A DNA stretch of 64,000 nucleotides from Camelus dromedarius (GCF_036321535.1 NC_087436.1:85438001-85502000); one strand, 5' to 3'; shown: positions 27,648 to 40,880, counted from the stretch's first letter. The notes: generated from the sequence alone by a model not told the origin. A program made the numbers and translations.

Positions 27648-28155
27648 GTAAGTACATCTTTTAAAAATAGTCTCAGGAATAATACAGAAGATGAAACGTT
27701 AGCTAGATAAATATTAGCCTAAGCATTAGAGTCTTGGAGCCTCGTTATAAGGCTGTCCTTGAGGGCGTGTGTCAAGGGGTCATTATAGACATGGAACTTC
27801 TTGGGAACCCTTGGTTTTTCCATAAGTGAAGCCCCTGGCAGAAGGTTCCAGACAGTCCAGCTTCATGCCCACTTCCACTCAAGTGTGAATAGTATCCTTG
27901 TGGAAAGAGGGAAGGAAATGGGTCTTCTCAGCTCCTTCATCCTAAGTGCCTCTCTTCTTCCAGGCCTGGGTCTATTTCTTGGAAGCAGTTGCTTCCTCCT
28001 GTAGCCTGCATGGTTCTTGGGTCACGATGCCTTTACCTCCCTCTACAGAACTTTGGAATGTGGTCCGATAGATGGGTTAGGAAATCAGTTTAATTAAGGA
28101 GTTGGTCAGTGGACAAGCTCAATCAACTGTGCCATCTCATTGTCTCTTAAAAAAG

Positions 28156-28241
28156 GACAACCAGACGGACAGTGGAATGGTTCTTGCATCCGAAGAGCTG
28201 AAAACCCTGGAAGACAGAACCAAATTAGCCCCATCTTTTAG
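28156..28241 (+). CDS. KDR: KDR exon 29, 86 nt
   Basis: aaaaag|GACAA...TTTAG|gtaagg; [28 protein letters not shown]. Confidence 0.96.
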
Positions 28242-29998
28242 GTAAGGCTCAGCCAAAGAGAAAAGACAAATTTCCGCAGAAAGTTTTGGAAGGCACTTAG
28301 GACTTTCAGTGTAGGTTCAGAGCTTTCCCTCTTTGTGTCTGTCCGTTGGGCAAACTGGCATCAACCTAAGAAAGAGAGGAACCGAATCAAATTAACTGGC
28401 AAGTCTAAAAAAGGAATCTGAAATCAGAGGATTTGATCAATTTTTATGAGGATTTGTGAATAGTAGGGAATTTCTGGGCATCTTTACTATGGTTAGTGGT
28501 TTGTGTGGTACTGGCTTAAAACAAAGAGGTCATTGGGTGTGATCCTTAACACTACCGAGATGATTGACATCTTTGCAGACTCTGAAGAATTTTGAAACTT
28601 GTACAGAAATGGGTGCATCTGTTCTTAAGAAGTATGATGTATAAATAAGCCAATATCTATTTGTTTAAAGTAATTAAATACTATTGACTGAATTATTAAG
28701 TACTTAATTGTGGGGAAAATACTAAACTTGGCTTTGAATATAATTTCCCCCATGTAGTTCCATAGGAATTTGTAGTTGTTTTGAATAGATGTACCTGCTT
28801 TTAACTTAACAAATAAATGAGACACTGTGTTTGTAAGAATAATAATATACAGGGTAGTTATTTATTTGCTAGCAGGTTTACTCTAGGTGAGAATAGAAAA
28901 AAAATTTGATCTACTTATAATCTAACTGTTGGATAATATGGGACCACTCATGGCTATTGAGTGATGCTCGTGTAAAAACAACCCCCAAAACATTAAAACA
29001 CTTCATTGTACAATTTTATTACTTGCCTTGGGCCCAAAGTAAGATATTGTGAGAGCCAATCATATTTCACTCATTGATTCAAAGTATATTCTTTCAGTAG
29101 TGACTGTGTACCACACCATTATTTGAGACTTAAGTCCATTTGATTCAGATTTGATTGAAAGAAAAAAATGTATTACCAGTTATTTGAAATAACTTTTAAC
29201 CTGTATATGAGTACAGAGTTAATAAAATCCTTTTTTGCAATTTTTAACATGAATAACTTGCTAAAACACCTATTAAGAGGGAAAAAACACCACACTTCCA
29301 AATGGCTTAGGGTTCATACAACCTACACTAAACTACAAAAAGCTTTTTTAAGCTTTTTTCTAAGCTTTGACGTGATTACCATCTGTCACGATCCCACGCC
29401 ATTGAAAATGTTCTCTGGTTGCTGCTGAGTGATCCAGGTTCTCATTCCTTCCAAAGAATGTGGGTTTGATGAGTAAAGAGCAGTTTTGACATGTCTGGCT
29501 TGATTGCACACACATGATTTGACTTATTAAAGTTGCTTAAGAATTTTATTAACACCATCCACATGCCTTGTAATCCCCTAATCGACAGTGGGGGGAAAGC
29601 ACCAATGGACTTGCAGAGCATCCCAATTTCCTTTCCCGTCATGAAAGAGCCCTTTGGCTCCTATCGTTGTATACAAACTCGTCAATCTGCAAGGCTATAA
29701 AAATGTTCCATTGGTTGGAGCCTTTGCATAACTCGGGAGAACTGCCTTTCATCTCATCTCATGCTTGAAAGACTTGGACCTGAATAAGGGGACTTATCTG
29801 AAACTACAAATTCATGCTGGTACCTGAAAATAGACATTGTCTGAGTTAACCTGATATGTTGACTAACAAGTGGGAGAGATAGGGGCTGGTGTCTCCAGGA
29901 AGATTACAACCCACACGGGGTTGGGGATGGGGTTAGGGTAAGATACAAAAAAACCACCTTCTCTCTGCCAACTCACTTAGCTGCCCTTTCTTCCCCAG

Positions 29999-30221
29999 TG
30001 GACTGATGCCCAGCAAGAGCAAGGAGTCTGTGGCATCTGAAGGCTCAAACCAGACGAGCGGCTATCAGTCCGGGTATCACTCTGATGACACAGACACGAC
30101 CGTGTACTCCAGCGAGGAGGCAGAACTTTTAAAGCTGGTGGAGATGGGACCGCAAGCTGGCAGTGCAGCTCAGATTCTCCAGCCTGAGTCTGGGACCACA
30201 CTGAGTGCTCCTCCTGTTTAA
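29999..30221 (+). CDS. KDR: KDR exon 30 coding part, 223 nt including stop
   Basis: ccccag|TGGAC...[46 protein letters not shown]...TTLSAPPV*. Confidence 0.97.
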
Positions 30222-31685
30222 AAGGAGGCACTTACATCCCCCCTTCCTGGAAATCACATGAGAGGTGCTGCTCAGATTTTCAAGTGTTGTTCTTTCCACC
30301 ACCAGGAAGTAGCCACATTTGATTTTCATTTCAAGAAAGGAAAAAAAAGAAAAAAAAGACCTTGCTGAACTGCAGGGAGCCAGTCCTCTAGGCATTTCCT
30401 GAGAAGATGCTTGTGACCTAAGAATGTGTTTGTGTCTTCTCCCCTATTGTTGACCTTATTCTTTTTTTTTTCATTCATTTAAAAAGCATGTATCATGCCC
30501 CCTACTGTGGGTCTCCCCGTGAGTTACAGCAAAAGATGTTCAAGACATGGCGTCATCGTCCAAGAAGTAGCAGTACCTGGGGAGTCGACACCTGGACGAT
30601 AAATCAGGCAATGGAAGTGCTTTAGGTGTTGAAGATGGGAAAGACTTTTAGGGCTGAGTCCATGTAAGAAGCTTTGTTTAGGATGTGGGTCCCAAGCCAC
30701 GTGTTACATGGCGGGTTTGGACGGATGGAAAGGAAGATGCTGGCTGGCTTAGAGAGTGCTGCGTGCCTGGTGCTGGCTCTGGTGGGGTGGGCGTGGGGTC
30801 TGTTAGGAACCGTCAAGGCTTCAGACAGGCGACTGGTTTTAGAAGGTTGCGTGCTCTTCCCACTGGGGCCAAATCAGAGTTCCTTGCGCTGTTTCCGACT
30901 CCTAATGAGAGTTCCTTCCGGACTCTTACGTGTCTCCTGGCCAAGCCCCAGGAAGGAAGTGATGCAGCCCTGGTTCCTTGTCTCCCAGGCTGATCCTTGA
31001 TTCAGAACTGCACAAAGAGAGGACATGCAGATGGAAGCTCCCTGGCGCGGCGAAGGTTTCTGGCTGTATAAACCAGCTCTGGCTTCTGGACGGATACGCA
31101 CTTATCTGTCCTGATGTGACACGTCTGAGCCTGAATGCAGTAGGTCTGTGTCAAGCTGTGGTGTCAAAGCTTTGGGAAGGATTTGACTCTTGTTCCTTCT
31201 CCCATCTCCGTGCCTCCCCGCTCCCTTCAGTATTTTACTGAACCAGTCAGTATTTTAGAACTTTGGCCTCTACACCCTAGTAAAAGCCAATTTGGTTTTG
31301 TTCACCCTCCGAGTAATTATTAGCCAGATTTCACAGTTATTGTGTAGCCAAAGTTATAACAACATCTTGTATTATTTAGACTTTTAACATGTAAAGCTGT
31401 TTCTACTGGTTTCTGCCCTTGTTCTTTCCTTTTTAAAAAAGAAAACGTATTTTTCGTTTGGTACCATAGTGTGAGATGCTGGGAACCATGACTATAAAAC
31501 ATGCTATGGCACATATATTTATAGTCTGTTTATGTAGAAACAAATGTAATATATTAAAACCTTATATTATATATAATGAACTTTGTACTATTCACATTTT
31601 GTATCAGTATTATGTAGCATAACAAAGGTCATAGTGCTTTTAGCAGTTGTTGCCATTTTATTAAAAAAAAAAAAAGTGAAAAATG
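30222..31685 (+). other. KDR: KDR 3'UTR
   Basis: Follows the stop codon. The AU-rich distal part resembles the mammalian KDR 3' end as recalled; the exact cleavage site is not visible. Confidence 0.8.
31660..31665 (+). terminator. Likely KDR polyadenylation signal ATTAAA (alternative AATAAA at 31856-31861)
   Basis: ATTAAA at the end of the AU-rich block, preceded by several UGUA motifs. Confidence 0.65.
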
Positions 31686-33159
31686 AAGGAATCCCTTTGC
31701 AAGATTGCGTGACTGTCCCTGTCACTTCTCTCATTTCTAAGCTGGAGGTGGGGGACTCAGACATCATCTCCAGGTGGCTGTTTTTTATTTTCACTGGTTC
31801 CCTTATTCTTCTGATAAAGGATATTTTCATAAAATGTTTATATACTTTATAATCCAATAAACATATTCTTAGTAAAAAAAAAAATACAATGGTATAATAC
31901 TATCCCAACTGTTTTGAGGGTGACTATTTCTGGCTTGAGGTGTAATTGCTTCTCCCCTCCTCTTCTGCATTACACAAGTAATTCATGCGCATGCCCACTC
32001 ACGTTCTATTCCGAGCACTTCTGAGATTCTGAAAACATGGACTGAGAGACACGTGATAGGTACTCTAACAGTATTTGTGGCCCTGGAGGAATCCCTGGGC
32101 CTCTTAGAATCACCAACCATGAAAATCAGGCGGTAAGAGATCCCGAGACAGGGGCCCGACCTGACAGTGCAGGAAAGTGTGGGGCATATTTATTGTTTTT
32201 GATAATGTTTATGCTGTCCGTACAGTGTCCGAACCTCAGATCCAACACTGCCCTTTTGAATGATCACTTTTGCCTGAATTCAGTGAGTGAAATTATCTAA
32301 AAATCATTGGCACCAAAAAGTAGTCCAACTCTTTGTGGGATTTTTTTTATACAAGCATTTGAAGTGTTTAAATATTCAGAGGATAGGCCTATCTTTTATT
32401 ATTTTTTTAAATATCTCCTAAGTTTTTAAAATCATATTGGTGAAAGTCTTCCCAATTCTTAAGCCCAAATTCTAAATTATCTTCCTTCTTCTGATACGCT
32501 TAAATCCATTGGGGATTTATTTTTTTATATGGAGTGAGGTAGGGATCTAGCTTTGTTTTCCTCAAGCAGTGGTCAATCATGGCAGCATTGTTTATTTCTC
32601 TTTTCCCCTGGGTTGGAAAATATACATTGTAGCATTTTCAAACCCTGTCATCTCCCTGAGACATTCTGCACAGCTTTATGATGGAAAAGAGGGTAGCTCC
32701 AGGCGTATGTGCTTCCTGGGGCTGCACTTACAGACTGGGGCACTAGCTGGAATTAGCAGAGTAGGGTCTTCTGGCAGATGTCATTAAACTGTGCATCAGG
32801 CCTCTTGGTCCTATCTTTCCCATTTCCCTGGAACCAGTGTTGTCCAGTGAATGAACGGAAGAAAAGTCTAAGCTTTTCAAGATGGAGAAGACCTCACAGA
32901 AATACAGAATTTTCTTCATTTTAGGAAAAAGAGATTTTGTTGCTCATAACAGCCCCTGGCGCTGTTTCCATTGCCAAGAATTTGGATTCAGTTGAAACTT
33001 CGCACTTTATAAAGAAATGCTTTCGGCAGCTCAGGCAGAATGATTGGAGGTGAGGTTTGGCCCTCTCCTTCTGCTCTCTTCTGTCTTCCACACCCCTCTC
33101 CCCCTTTCTTAGCTCCTTTTCACTCCTCACTTGCCCCTGTATCAAAGAGAAGTTTGTGG

Positions 33160-33261
33160 TTTATTATTTTGCTTTTTTCTTTTTAATGGAGGTACTGGGG
33201 ATTGAACCCAGACCTCGTGCATGCTAAGTATGAGCTCTATCTCTGAGCTATACCCTCCCCC
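33160..33261 (-). mobile_element. tRNA-derived SINE (camelid Vic-1-like)
   Basis: Reverse complement reads gggggagggtatagctcag...gggttcaatccccagtacctcca plus A-rich tail; TSD-like tttgtgg on both sides. Confidence 0.85.
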
Positions 33262-36200
33262 ACTTTGTGGCTTTTTAAAGTGCTTCCTGCATGGTCTTAT
33301 TTTCAAAGCTTTCACTTGGAGGCGTTTGGTGTGTTTTAGGTGAGGCCACACTGTCTCCCCTTGGCTCCTGGCCTCTCTCATTCTGTCCCTTGACTTGCCT
33401 TGTTCTTCTCCCTCCTCTCAAACTCCTCCATCCCTTGGCCTTCTGTTTCTCTCTTTCCACTACACTTCCGCTCCTCTGAACCCTCCCACCTCCATGCCCA
33501 GCAGCCTTTCTCCTCAACCACATCACAGACGAGATGAGAGCTATGGGAGGTTTAAGTTCATTACTCCCCAGACTAACTTTTCCTATCAATGCACATTCCT
33601 TTGTCTGCTTTAATGAGAGAAGAAAAGTAACAATCTTAAACCCACAACTTTGTACTGAACCCAGTTTTCCTGTCTCCCTTAGTATGTCTTTCTTTCTACC
33701 TCTCTCAGATATTTATCACCAAGGTGATAAAATGTAGGCAAACCCAGAAAGCTAAAGCCTTTCAGAGAGGAGCTCTTCACACCCATCTTCCCGCATCTGT
33801 GTGCCCTCTTCCCTTAGGGGCAGTAGGCACGTCATGTCCGTGCTTTCAAGTGAGTGGTGAGCGCAGATCAAAGGGGGTTCTAACCTGTTTTTATAAAGTG
33901 CATTTTCTACATGAGTCTCTCCCACAGTAAGGGTTTAGATCTAAGCAAAAATCTGGGCAGCCTTTGTGAAAGCAGTTTTAAGTCCAACTCTTTTGGGGAA
34001 AAGTTATGGAATGCTCCTAGGTAATAGAGGTTAAAAAGGTAAAATAAAGTCATTTACTCTGGTTTCGATCTGACTGGAGAGAAGTAGAGGAATCTGGGGG
34101 GAGCCACCCAGACAGAAATGTCACAGCCAAGCGGGCCCGAAGTTCTGGAGCTAAAGGAGTAGAACAGAGCAGGCTCAGCTGAGGTCTGAGTCAGAGATAA
34201 GAGCTCTGAATTAAGGGAAAAAGTAGTCTAATGAAGGCTATTGATAAGACAAGGATTACAGTAAACGCTGACAGCTATCAAATGAATGTTATTGAGAAGG
34301 CGTCAAGTTGTATCTTAGATTTTGTTTTCTTTACAACACAACCTACGACCTCCATGTGACTTCTTGACACCTGTAAAACAACATTAGATTCAATAGCTTC
34401 ACTCATAGTTTTTAGTTTAAAAATAGAAGAATGAAAATATATGGTTTAATTTGTTAGGTTAGCTTCACCTTTTATTTATTCTTAGGACTTTAGAACCTGT
34501 GATCAGTGGACTTACCAGTAACCGGTGAGAGCACACGGCCACACTTCAGTGGTTTGAAGCGCTCACCTTTTAGATACAATGGAAAAGGGCAGGGAATCAG
34601 AAAGCTGAAATTTGCTCCAGTTTTGTTCCATTCTTTGCTCTTTGCTCTCTCCCTTCTTCAAGCAGTGACATTTCCTGGGAATAAATCCCTGTGAGTGGGT
34701 TGAGTTCTTCAGTGTTAAAGATACTCTCACCGACTGATCTCATTTGCACTTCAGAGGAATCGGGTATGAAATGACTCAACACGAGCCACTGTATAGGGAG
34801 AAGTTTGGTGCGAGCCTGCTACTAGGTGTGAAGAATCTCTTTAACCTGAAATGACTTCTGACAAAGAGGGTTGAAAACATCCCATTCATTGCCACCGAGA
34901 GAACATAAATGGAAATGAAAACCCAGACGCAAAAGCAGAGAATTCAGGCTAGATCTACAGTGAGCAGCAACATTCCACATTCAACCCCCAAGCTACTGGG
35001 AGAACCAGCAGACAGGATCCAGCAGCACATACTGGGCAGAAGCAAGACCTTCCATGGAAATCAAGTACAGAAGATTCAGCCCTTAGCATTAAACTTCCAG
35101 CAAGAAATATTTATGTGTTTGTTTATATTTAACTGTACTCTAAAAATGCTTCAGTGTGCCAGATACTCTTTTGTAAAGAGTTTATTAATATTGACTCATT
35201 TTATTAATAGGGGCCTTAAAGCAAGATGGAGGCATCACAGTGTAGACTGGGTGACAAGCCAGAGTAGGAGATATAAAAGGGTCCTTATTGCTGGTTCCTA
35301 CAAATGCTTGTTAAGCATTCACTAAAGCCAGGCACCTTAGCTGGCCGTGGTCAGAACTGTTTTCTGAGCTGCATAGGTTAAGAGTTATTGACGGAACCAT
35401 AGAGAGGAGGAATCTCAATCTTATACCAGAACTCTAGATGTCTCAGGGCTCCCCCTTAACAAGCTGAGCATAGTTCTCATTACTGACTTTATTAGTCGTT
35501 CTTGAATAAAGGGCTGAGTTCAAGAACCCTTCAAGGTATTCTAAACATAGATTCCACTGTGGGGGGACTTAATTTGGCTTTAGAGTCAGGATGCTCAAGT
35601 TAAAAACCAAGTAGGACACCCTCTTACAGAAGGTTGAGGAAATGAGGCTTATTTTTGTCCGGTTCATCTCATGTTGAAAAATGTACATTTCACTTGTAAA
35701 GCAAGATGAGACTCTGACAGTGCTTCTAGAAGACTTCCGTGCTGGCAGGCATTGTATGGCAACCCAGAGGAATCCTTTGTTTTGTCATAAGGAGCATTGT
35801 GTTGACCTTTATACTATTGTCCTACATTTTAAACTTTTCTGGTGGGTAAAAATCCAAAGTACAGAAAGAATACATTTCATCATTGTCACTAGTTTAACTA
35901 GGATTCCTCAGTAAGGATTGTTTTATGTAATGACTTCCCCTTGGGCATTTCAAAATGCTATCAGGTAACCTGCAACATTTCACAAATGCGTCTGTTTTAC
36001 AAATCAAAGTTTTCTCCTGTCTAAACCACCTTGAGAATCTTTTAAGCAGCATATACTTGAAGTCAGTAGAAATGAATTTGCTTTTAGTTCAGTCGCCATG
36101 ACTAGATCATGACATATTGCTGTGCTTTTCCCCCCTCCCCCTCTTAGTATGGTTGGCGAATTGCCTTGAGGACCTGTCATGAAGAGAGAAAAAAAGACCC

Positions 36201-37544
36201 CCATTCTTTGCTTATCACCACATTCATCAGTAAATTTCAGTGTTCGGCCCAGCTTCATTCTTGTAGTCTTTTGTACTGCTGGAGAGCTTACTGCTTCTTT
36301 GACTGAGGAACAAGACAAGAGGTTGTTGTGCCAGAAACCATTCCTGAGTCAGATCTTATAGAATTAGTTCATAATGTTCACTTTTAAAAAATGCCAGTAA
36401 GTATTAATTTTGGATGACGTATATATGAGAGCATGTTTAATCATGATAATAGAATTTTTAGATAGATGTATATTAAGGATTCAACTGTCATTATATTTCT
36501 CTGTGTCATGATGATGGACATTAGAAGAAGCCCTGCAGTCACTCAGACCTGAGTAGGTTAAAGGGCAGAGAACTAATGTTGATTGTCGATCATCTACCAT
36601 ATGCCAGGCATTCAGCAAGGTACTCATACATTATCTCATTAAATCCTTGCCATGGGCGCTCGTGTTAGGTGTTATTCTCACCATGGTACAAGTGAAGACT
36701 GGCAGTTAAGATTTGAAGCTCCTGCAATAGGCAAGGTCATGCCAGGATTGAACACAGTCTGCTTACACACTGGGGACGTGTTCATGTTTGAGATAGGAAC
36801 CAGGATGGGATCCTTTCTCCTGATGGGGGGCAGTGAGCTGACTCGTCTTCTGAGAAATCAACCAACCAAATAAAAGGTACATGTGAAGGTGGCCGGGTAC
36901 CTTTCAGTGTCTTAATAAGTGTTGGCTTCAATAGCCCCATCTTTCAGGCAGCTTTATCTATAAGACAAATCCACTCTGACCAAATGTGAAAGCTTAGTGT
37001 TACAATAAACATCTGATTGCAAGGGGAAGAAAGTGGGTCACTGTCTAGTAGCCGTTTGGTCTTGTGCAAGTTATTTAACCTCTTTGAGTCTTACTTTCCT
37101 CAGCTGGATGAGGATTAAATGAGGTATTTATGGAAAGCACCCACCACACTACCTGGTAAGTGGAAAGTATTCACTAAAGGTAACTATTTTTTTATGATGA
37201 TGCTGGTGGTAGAGAAGTTAGGTTTATAACCTGTTGAATAATAGGTAGTTCTCAAAGATTGTTAATTAACTTACCACTGACAAACTGGGTGGAGGTCTCC
37301 AGTGGAATTCTCTGCTGTCCCTGGTCCACTAGGTTTGAGGACTGTCATGAGGACTCACGGCATGAGGAATAGTGGCTGGATGCCATGTTCCTGGGAGGAT
37401 TGTAGTATGGCAGAGTCAGGATTCAGAAAAGTGCCCTGGTCAGGATTCAAAGGCTGACTCCAATAAATTAATTTGATTTTTCTGCACAAATTTTGGAATG
37501 GAGCACCATGGCTTAGCAATAGCTTTAAATTGGTTAATAAATGT

Positions 37545-38232
37545 CAGTTTGCTAAAATCAGCTGGACTGACCAATCTGCTAAAAATAATTTTGTCAGATG
37601 GCCAGTTTGCCCAATGATTAACTCATCAAATTAAATTTATCAATAGACCTCAGACTTTTAGAATCATTTATAAAGTTTACGTCAGTTTGTATTGAAGATT
37701 TCTGTGAACATGTCATAGACTGATTTTCGCTCATGTCTTTCATTTTATGGAAAGTTCAGTTTTTCAAAAGTTGGTGGACATAAGCTTAAATCCCATGAAT
37801 ATATTTAATCATTTTCAATGATTTATTCAAATTCATCAATTTCAGCATAAGATTGTATTACATATTTGCCATTTATATGTAAATTCCTTAAAGAGATCCA
37901 AATTAATCCCATCGATATGAGATGCTGAATTTTTCTTACTAACTGTCAGAAATTCAAAATTAAGACATATGCCAATTGAAGCACTGTTGAAATGACATTC
38001 AAAGCAATCAGAAGAACTCAAAAGTGGCTGGAGCAATTCCATTATGCTAAGAATGTTAGCTTCACCAAGACAAGAATTTTTGTCTATTTTGTTCACTGCT
38101 TTATCTCCAGTGTCCAGAACAGTGTCTGGACAAGCACGGGCATTCAGTATCTGTGGAATACAACAATACACTCGGCCAGTCGGTAAACAGCATTTTAGCT
38201 CATTGGCTCTCAGCAAATTGATTTTTGGCATT
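37545..38232. mobile_element. Possible ancient DNA transposon with degenerate terminal inverted repeats, interrupted by an L2 3' fragment (~38055-38160)
   Basis: 37546-37606 weakly matches the reverse complement of 38169-38232. Confidence 0.35.
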
Positions 38233-38869
38233 TTAGTCTGTTTTCCTGGGTACCAGCAAGAGCAAAAAAAAAAAAAAAGTCTTATGGGTTTTTGTTGACT
38301 GTTTTTTCAGGGTATGCTGGAGTTTCCAAAGAGGTGAGGGAAATTTTACTTTGTGTAACCAGATAAGTATGTGTAGATCAGGGGAGGGGGCTGTCCCACT
38401 GTCTCCAAGCTGGTCACACCAACTTGATTTTGACACTCCATTCTTGCAACCACACCTAAGAGAGAACAAGCTGCAGCAAACCCGGGAAGGTGACCAGGGT
38501 GGCCTTACATAAAGAATGGCTGGGAAACTGGAACTAGTTAGACTGGGGAAGATTTAAGGGAATACGCAAGGGATCTCTTTTAGTATATGAAGGGGCTCCC
38601 ATGGAAAGTATTCTGACTTTCTTTGCTGTTCCCAAAGGGCAATTGGACCAATGGATAGAAACCATGGGAATGGCAGACCCTGGGGCATCTGATTTCCCAT
38701 CACATGCCCATTCCTTTACGCCTCACAGATTCTCCCTTCCCTGGAGTAAGTGGAGATTGTTCTGTAAGGCTGTCGGAGAGGTGTTAAGGAATTATGAGGA
38801 GTTGAGGACCAAAGTACCAGTGGGATCAGCTGGTCTCCAAGTTCCCTTTCAGCCCAGAATATTAGAGAC

Positions 38870-39100
38870 CAGGAAGCTGGGCTCTTGAGTAAGACAGACC
38901 CATGTTTGGATCCTGGCTCCACCATATACTAGCTGTGTGATCATGTGCAAGTTACTGACCTCTCTGAGCCTCCGTTTTCTCATCTCATTCATAAAATGGA
39001 GATAACAGCAGTACACATCTCAAAAGGTGGTTCTAAGGATGATTTAAAGTAATGGATGTAAGTGCTTAGCACAGTGCTCAGCATATAAGCACTCAGCATT
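38870..39100 (+). mobile_element. Near full-length MIR
   Basis: cagacc...atcctggctccacc...tagctgtgtga...ctctgagcctccgttttctcatc...aaaatggagata...gcttagcacagtg. Confidence 0.85.
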
Positions 39101-40699
39101 CCCTTACCTGTTATCATGGATCAGTGAAAAAGAATGTACTGTGTCTTCCTTTCTTTTTTCAAGAGGTGAAAAGCAAGGTTTCAGTCTCAAATCGTTCAAG
39201 CAGACACTTCGAAGAGCTCACCAAGTTCTTCTGAGGGCAGGGAAGTTACTATTATTATTTTTTTTGGTTTGTTTTCAAAATAGCTGCTTCCACAGATGAC
39301 GCCCAAATATATACACAACACTTCAGTATTTGCCGTGGACTCCAGACTTCTGCTTTGTCCAGGGGCCTGGGCGGCCTGGAGACAGGAAGAGGTGCCGAGA
39401 CACAGTGGCCGAGGAGCTGGAGTCCAGGCTGGGGCGAGCAGGGAAGCGGCCCTGTGAGTCACAGCCTGGGAAACTCCAGCAGGGCCCCTCTGGCCCCCGG
39501 GCCCCTTTACAGTGGGCTGCAGCCCTCCCCCAAGGGATCCTTAAGACGAGGCCTTTAACTGAGTTGTTACAACCCAGGGAAAGAAGTGTTTTCAGTGCCT
39601 GTCAAGGCTGGGAATCCCCCAAACCCTGAGAAGACTGTGTGGGAAGTGAGTTGCTTCTCCCACCTCTGTCTACCTTGCCATCTCGGCAAAAGGAAACCAG
39701 TAGTGTTGATTTGTTTCCTTGGGGGTTGGAGGGGCTTGGCTAGCTCATGAGTGAAAAAGCCGTCTTACTACCAAAACAGTCCTTCCACAGCACCCTGGAG
39801 AGGGCCAAGGCTTCACTTTGACTCTGGATAAGGTGCCCAGTCGTCTCCTGGGATTTGCAAGCTCAAGCTCCGTGTTGCATGAAGGTCAACAGAGGAAGCC
39901 CTGGTCACCTGCAAAGAGGAGCTGATGTGGGTCATCTTGGCCCAGACTTGGTCTTTGACAGGTTTATGGAGGACAGAAGGCAGGGAGGAAGCCTCCTCCC
40001 TTGGCTTTGGCCTCCCAGCTGGTTCAGGTTGGGACTCTGTTCAGGCCCCTCTTCAGGCCTGCAGACTGATTAGGCCCCAGGCTTTCCTGGGGTCACTTGG
40101 CACCAGCACAGGCCCTCTCCCATCTGGCCCTGATAAGGATCTCCCCCTCAGAGATAAGGAGCTGTTTAAGGGAATCTGAGGAAGCCCAGGGTTTGTTTCC
40201 GTAAAGCTGCACAATGTAAAGTGTAATCCCTACAGGGGTGTGAGTAGCTGTTGAGCATATTAAGTCGTGAGGAAGGGGCGTGTGTGGCTGGTTCGTCAAT
40301 TACGGTGAGGCCCCCCCAGGGGGGACCGCGGGCAGGTATCTCTTCCTGCCAGATCATGATAATGATGACTGATGATGGATCAAGAGGCTGAGCTTTCTGC
40401 AGCATCAGCAGCCACTAGGTTCCAGAGGAGGAAGGACCTGGGTTGCCGGGGAGGAGGGTGGGGGGGTCCATTTGTTTCCCTGATAGCGGGAGGGCGAAAG
40501 AGTCATCTCCGAGGGAGGCTCTGAAGAAGTCCTACCAAAGCTCCATACAGCAGCCAGTCCACTCAGTGTTTCCTGCTAACACAGGTTTGGTACAGTGGCA
40601 TGAGGTTGCCACCTGATCTCGGTGAGGCCAAGCACCCGTCCAGAACAACCAGGTGGATGCCCGACAAGGCATACATATGTGTCTGTTACATATCTGTTA

Positions 40700-40880
40700 C
40701 CCAATGCAGTTCTCATGACAACCCTGTGAGCCGGGTACTAACATCATCACCAGTTTACAGATGAGGAAACTGCGGTTTAGGCAGGTGAATTTATTTGTAC
40801 AAAATTGTACAGTTAGTAAGAAGGAGTGCATCCAGGTTTTAAGCCCAGAAGCTGATTCAAGTGCTTAAACTCATAGTCAA
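40700..40880 (-). mobile_element. MIR remnant
   Basis: caaccctgtgag...ccagtttacagatgaggaaactgcgg. Confidence 0.75.

Noticed and set aside
29979..29998. Alternative in-frame acceptor 18 nt upstream of exon 30
   Set aside because: The AG lies only a few nt after the likely branch point and the pyrimidine tract is downstream of it, so use is unlikely.
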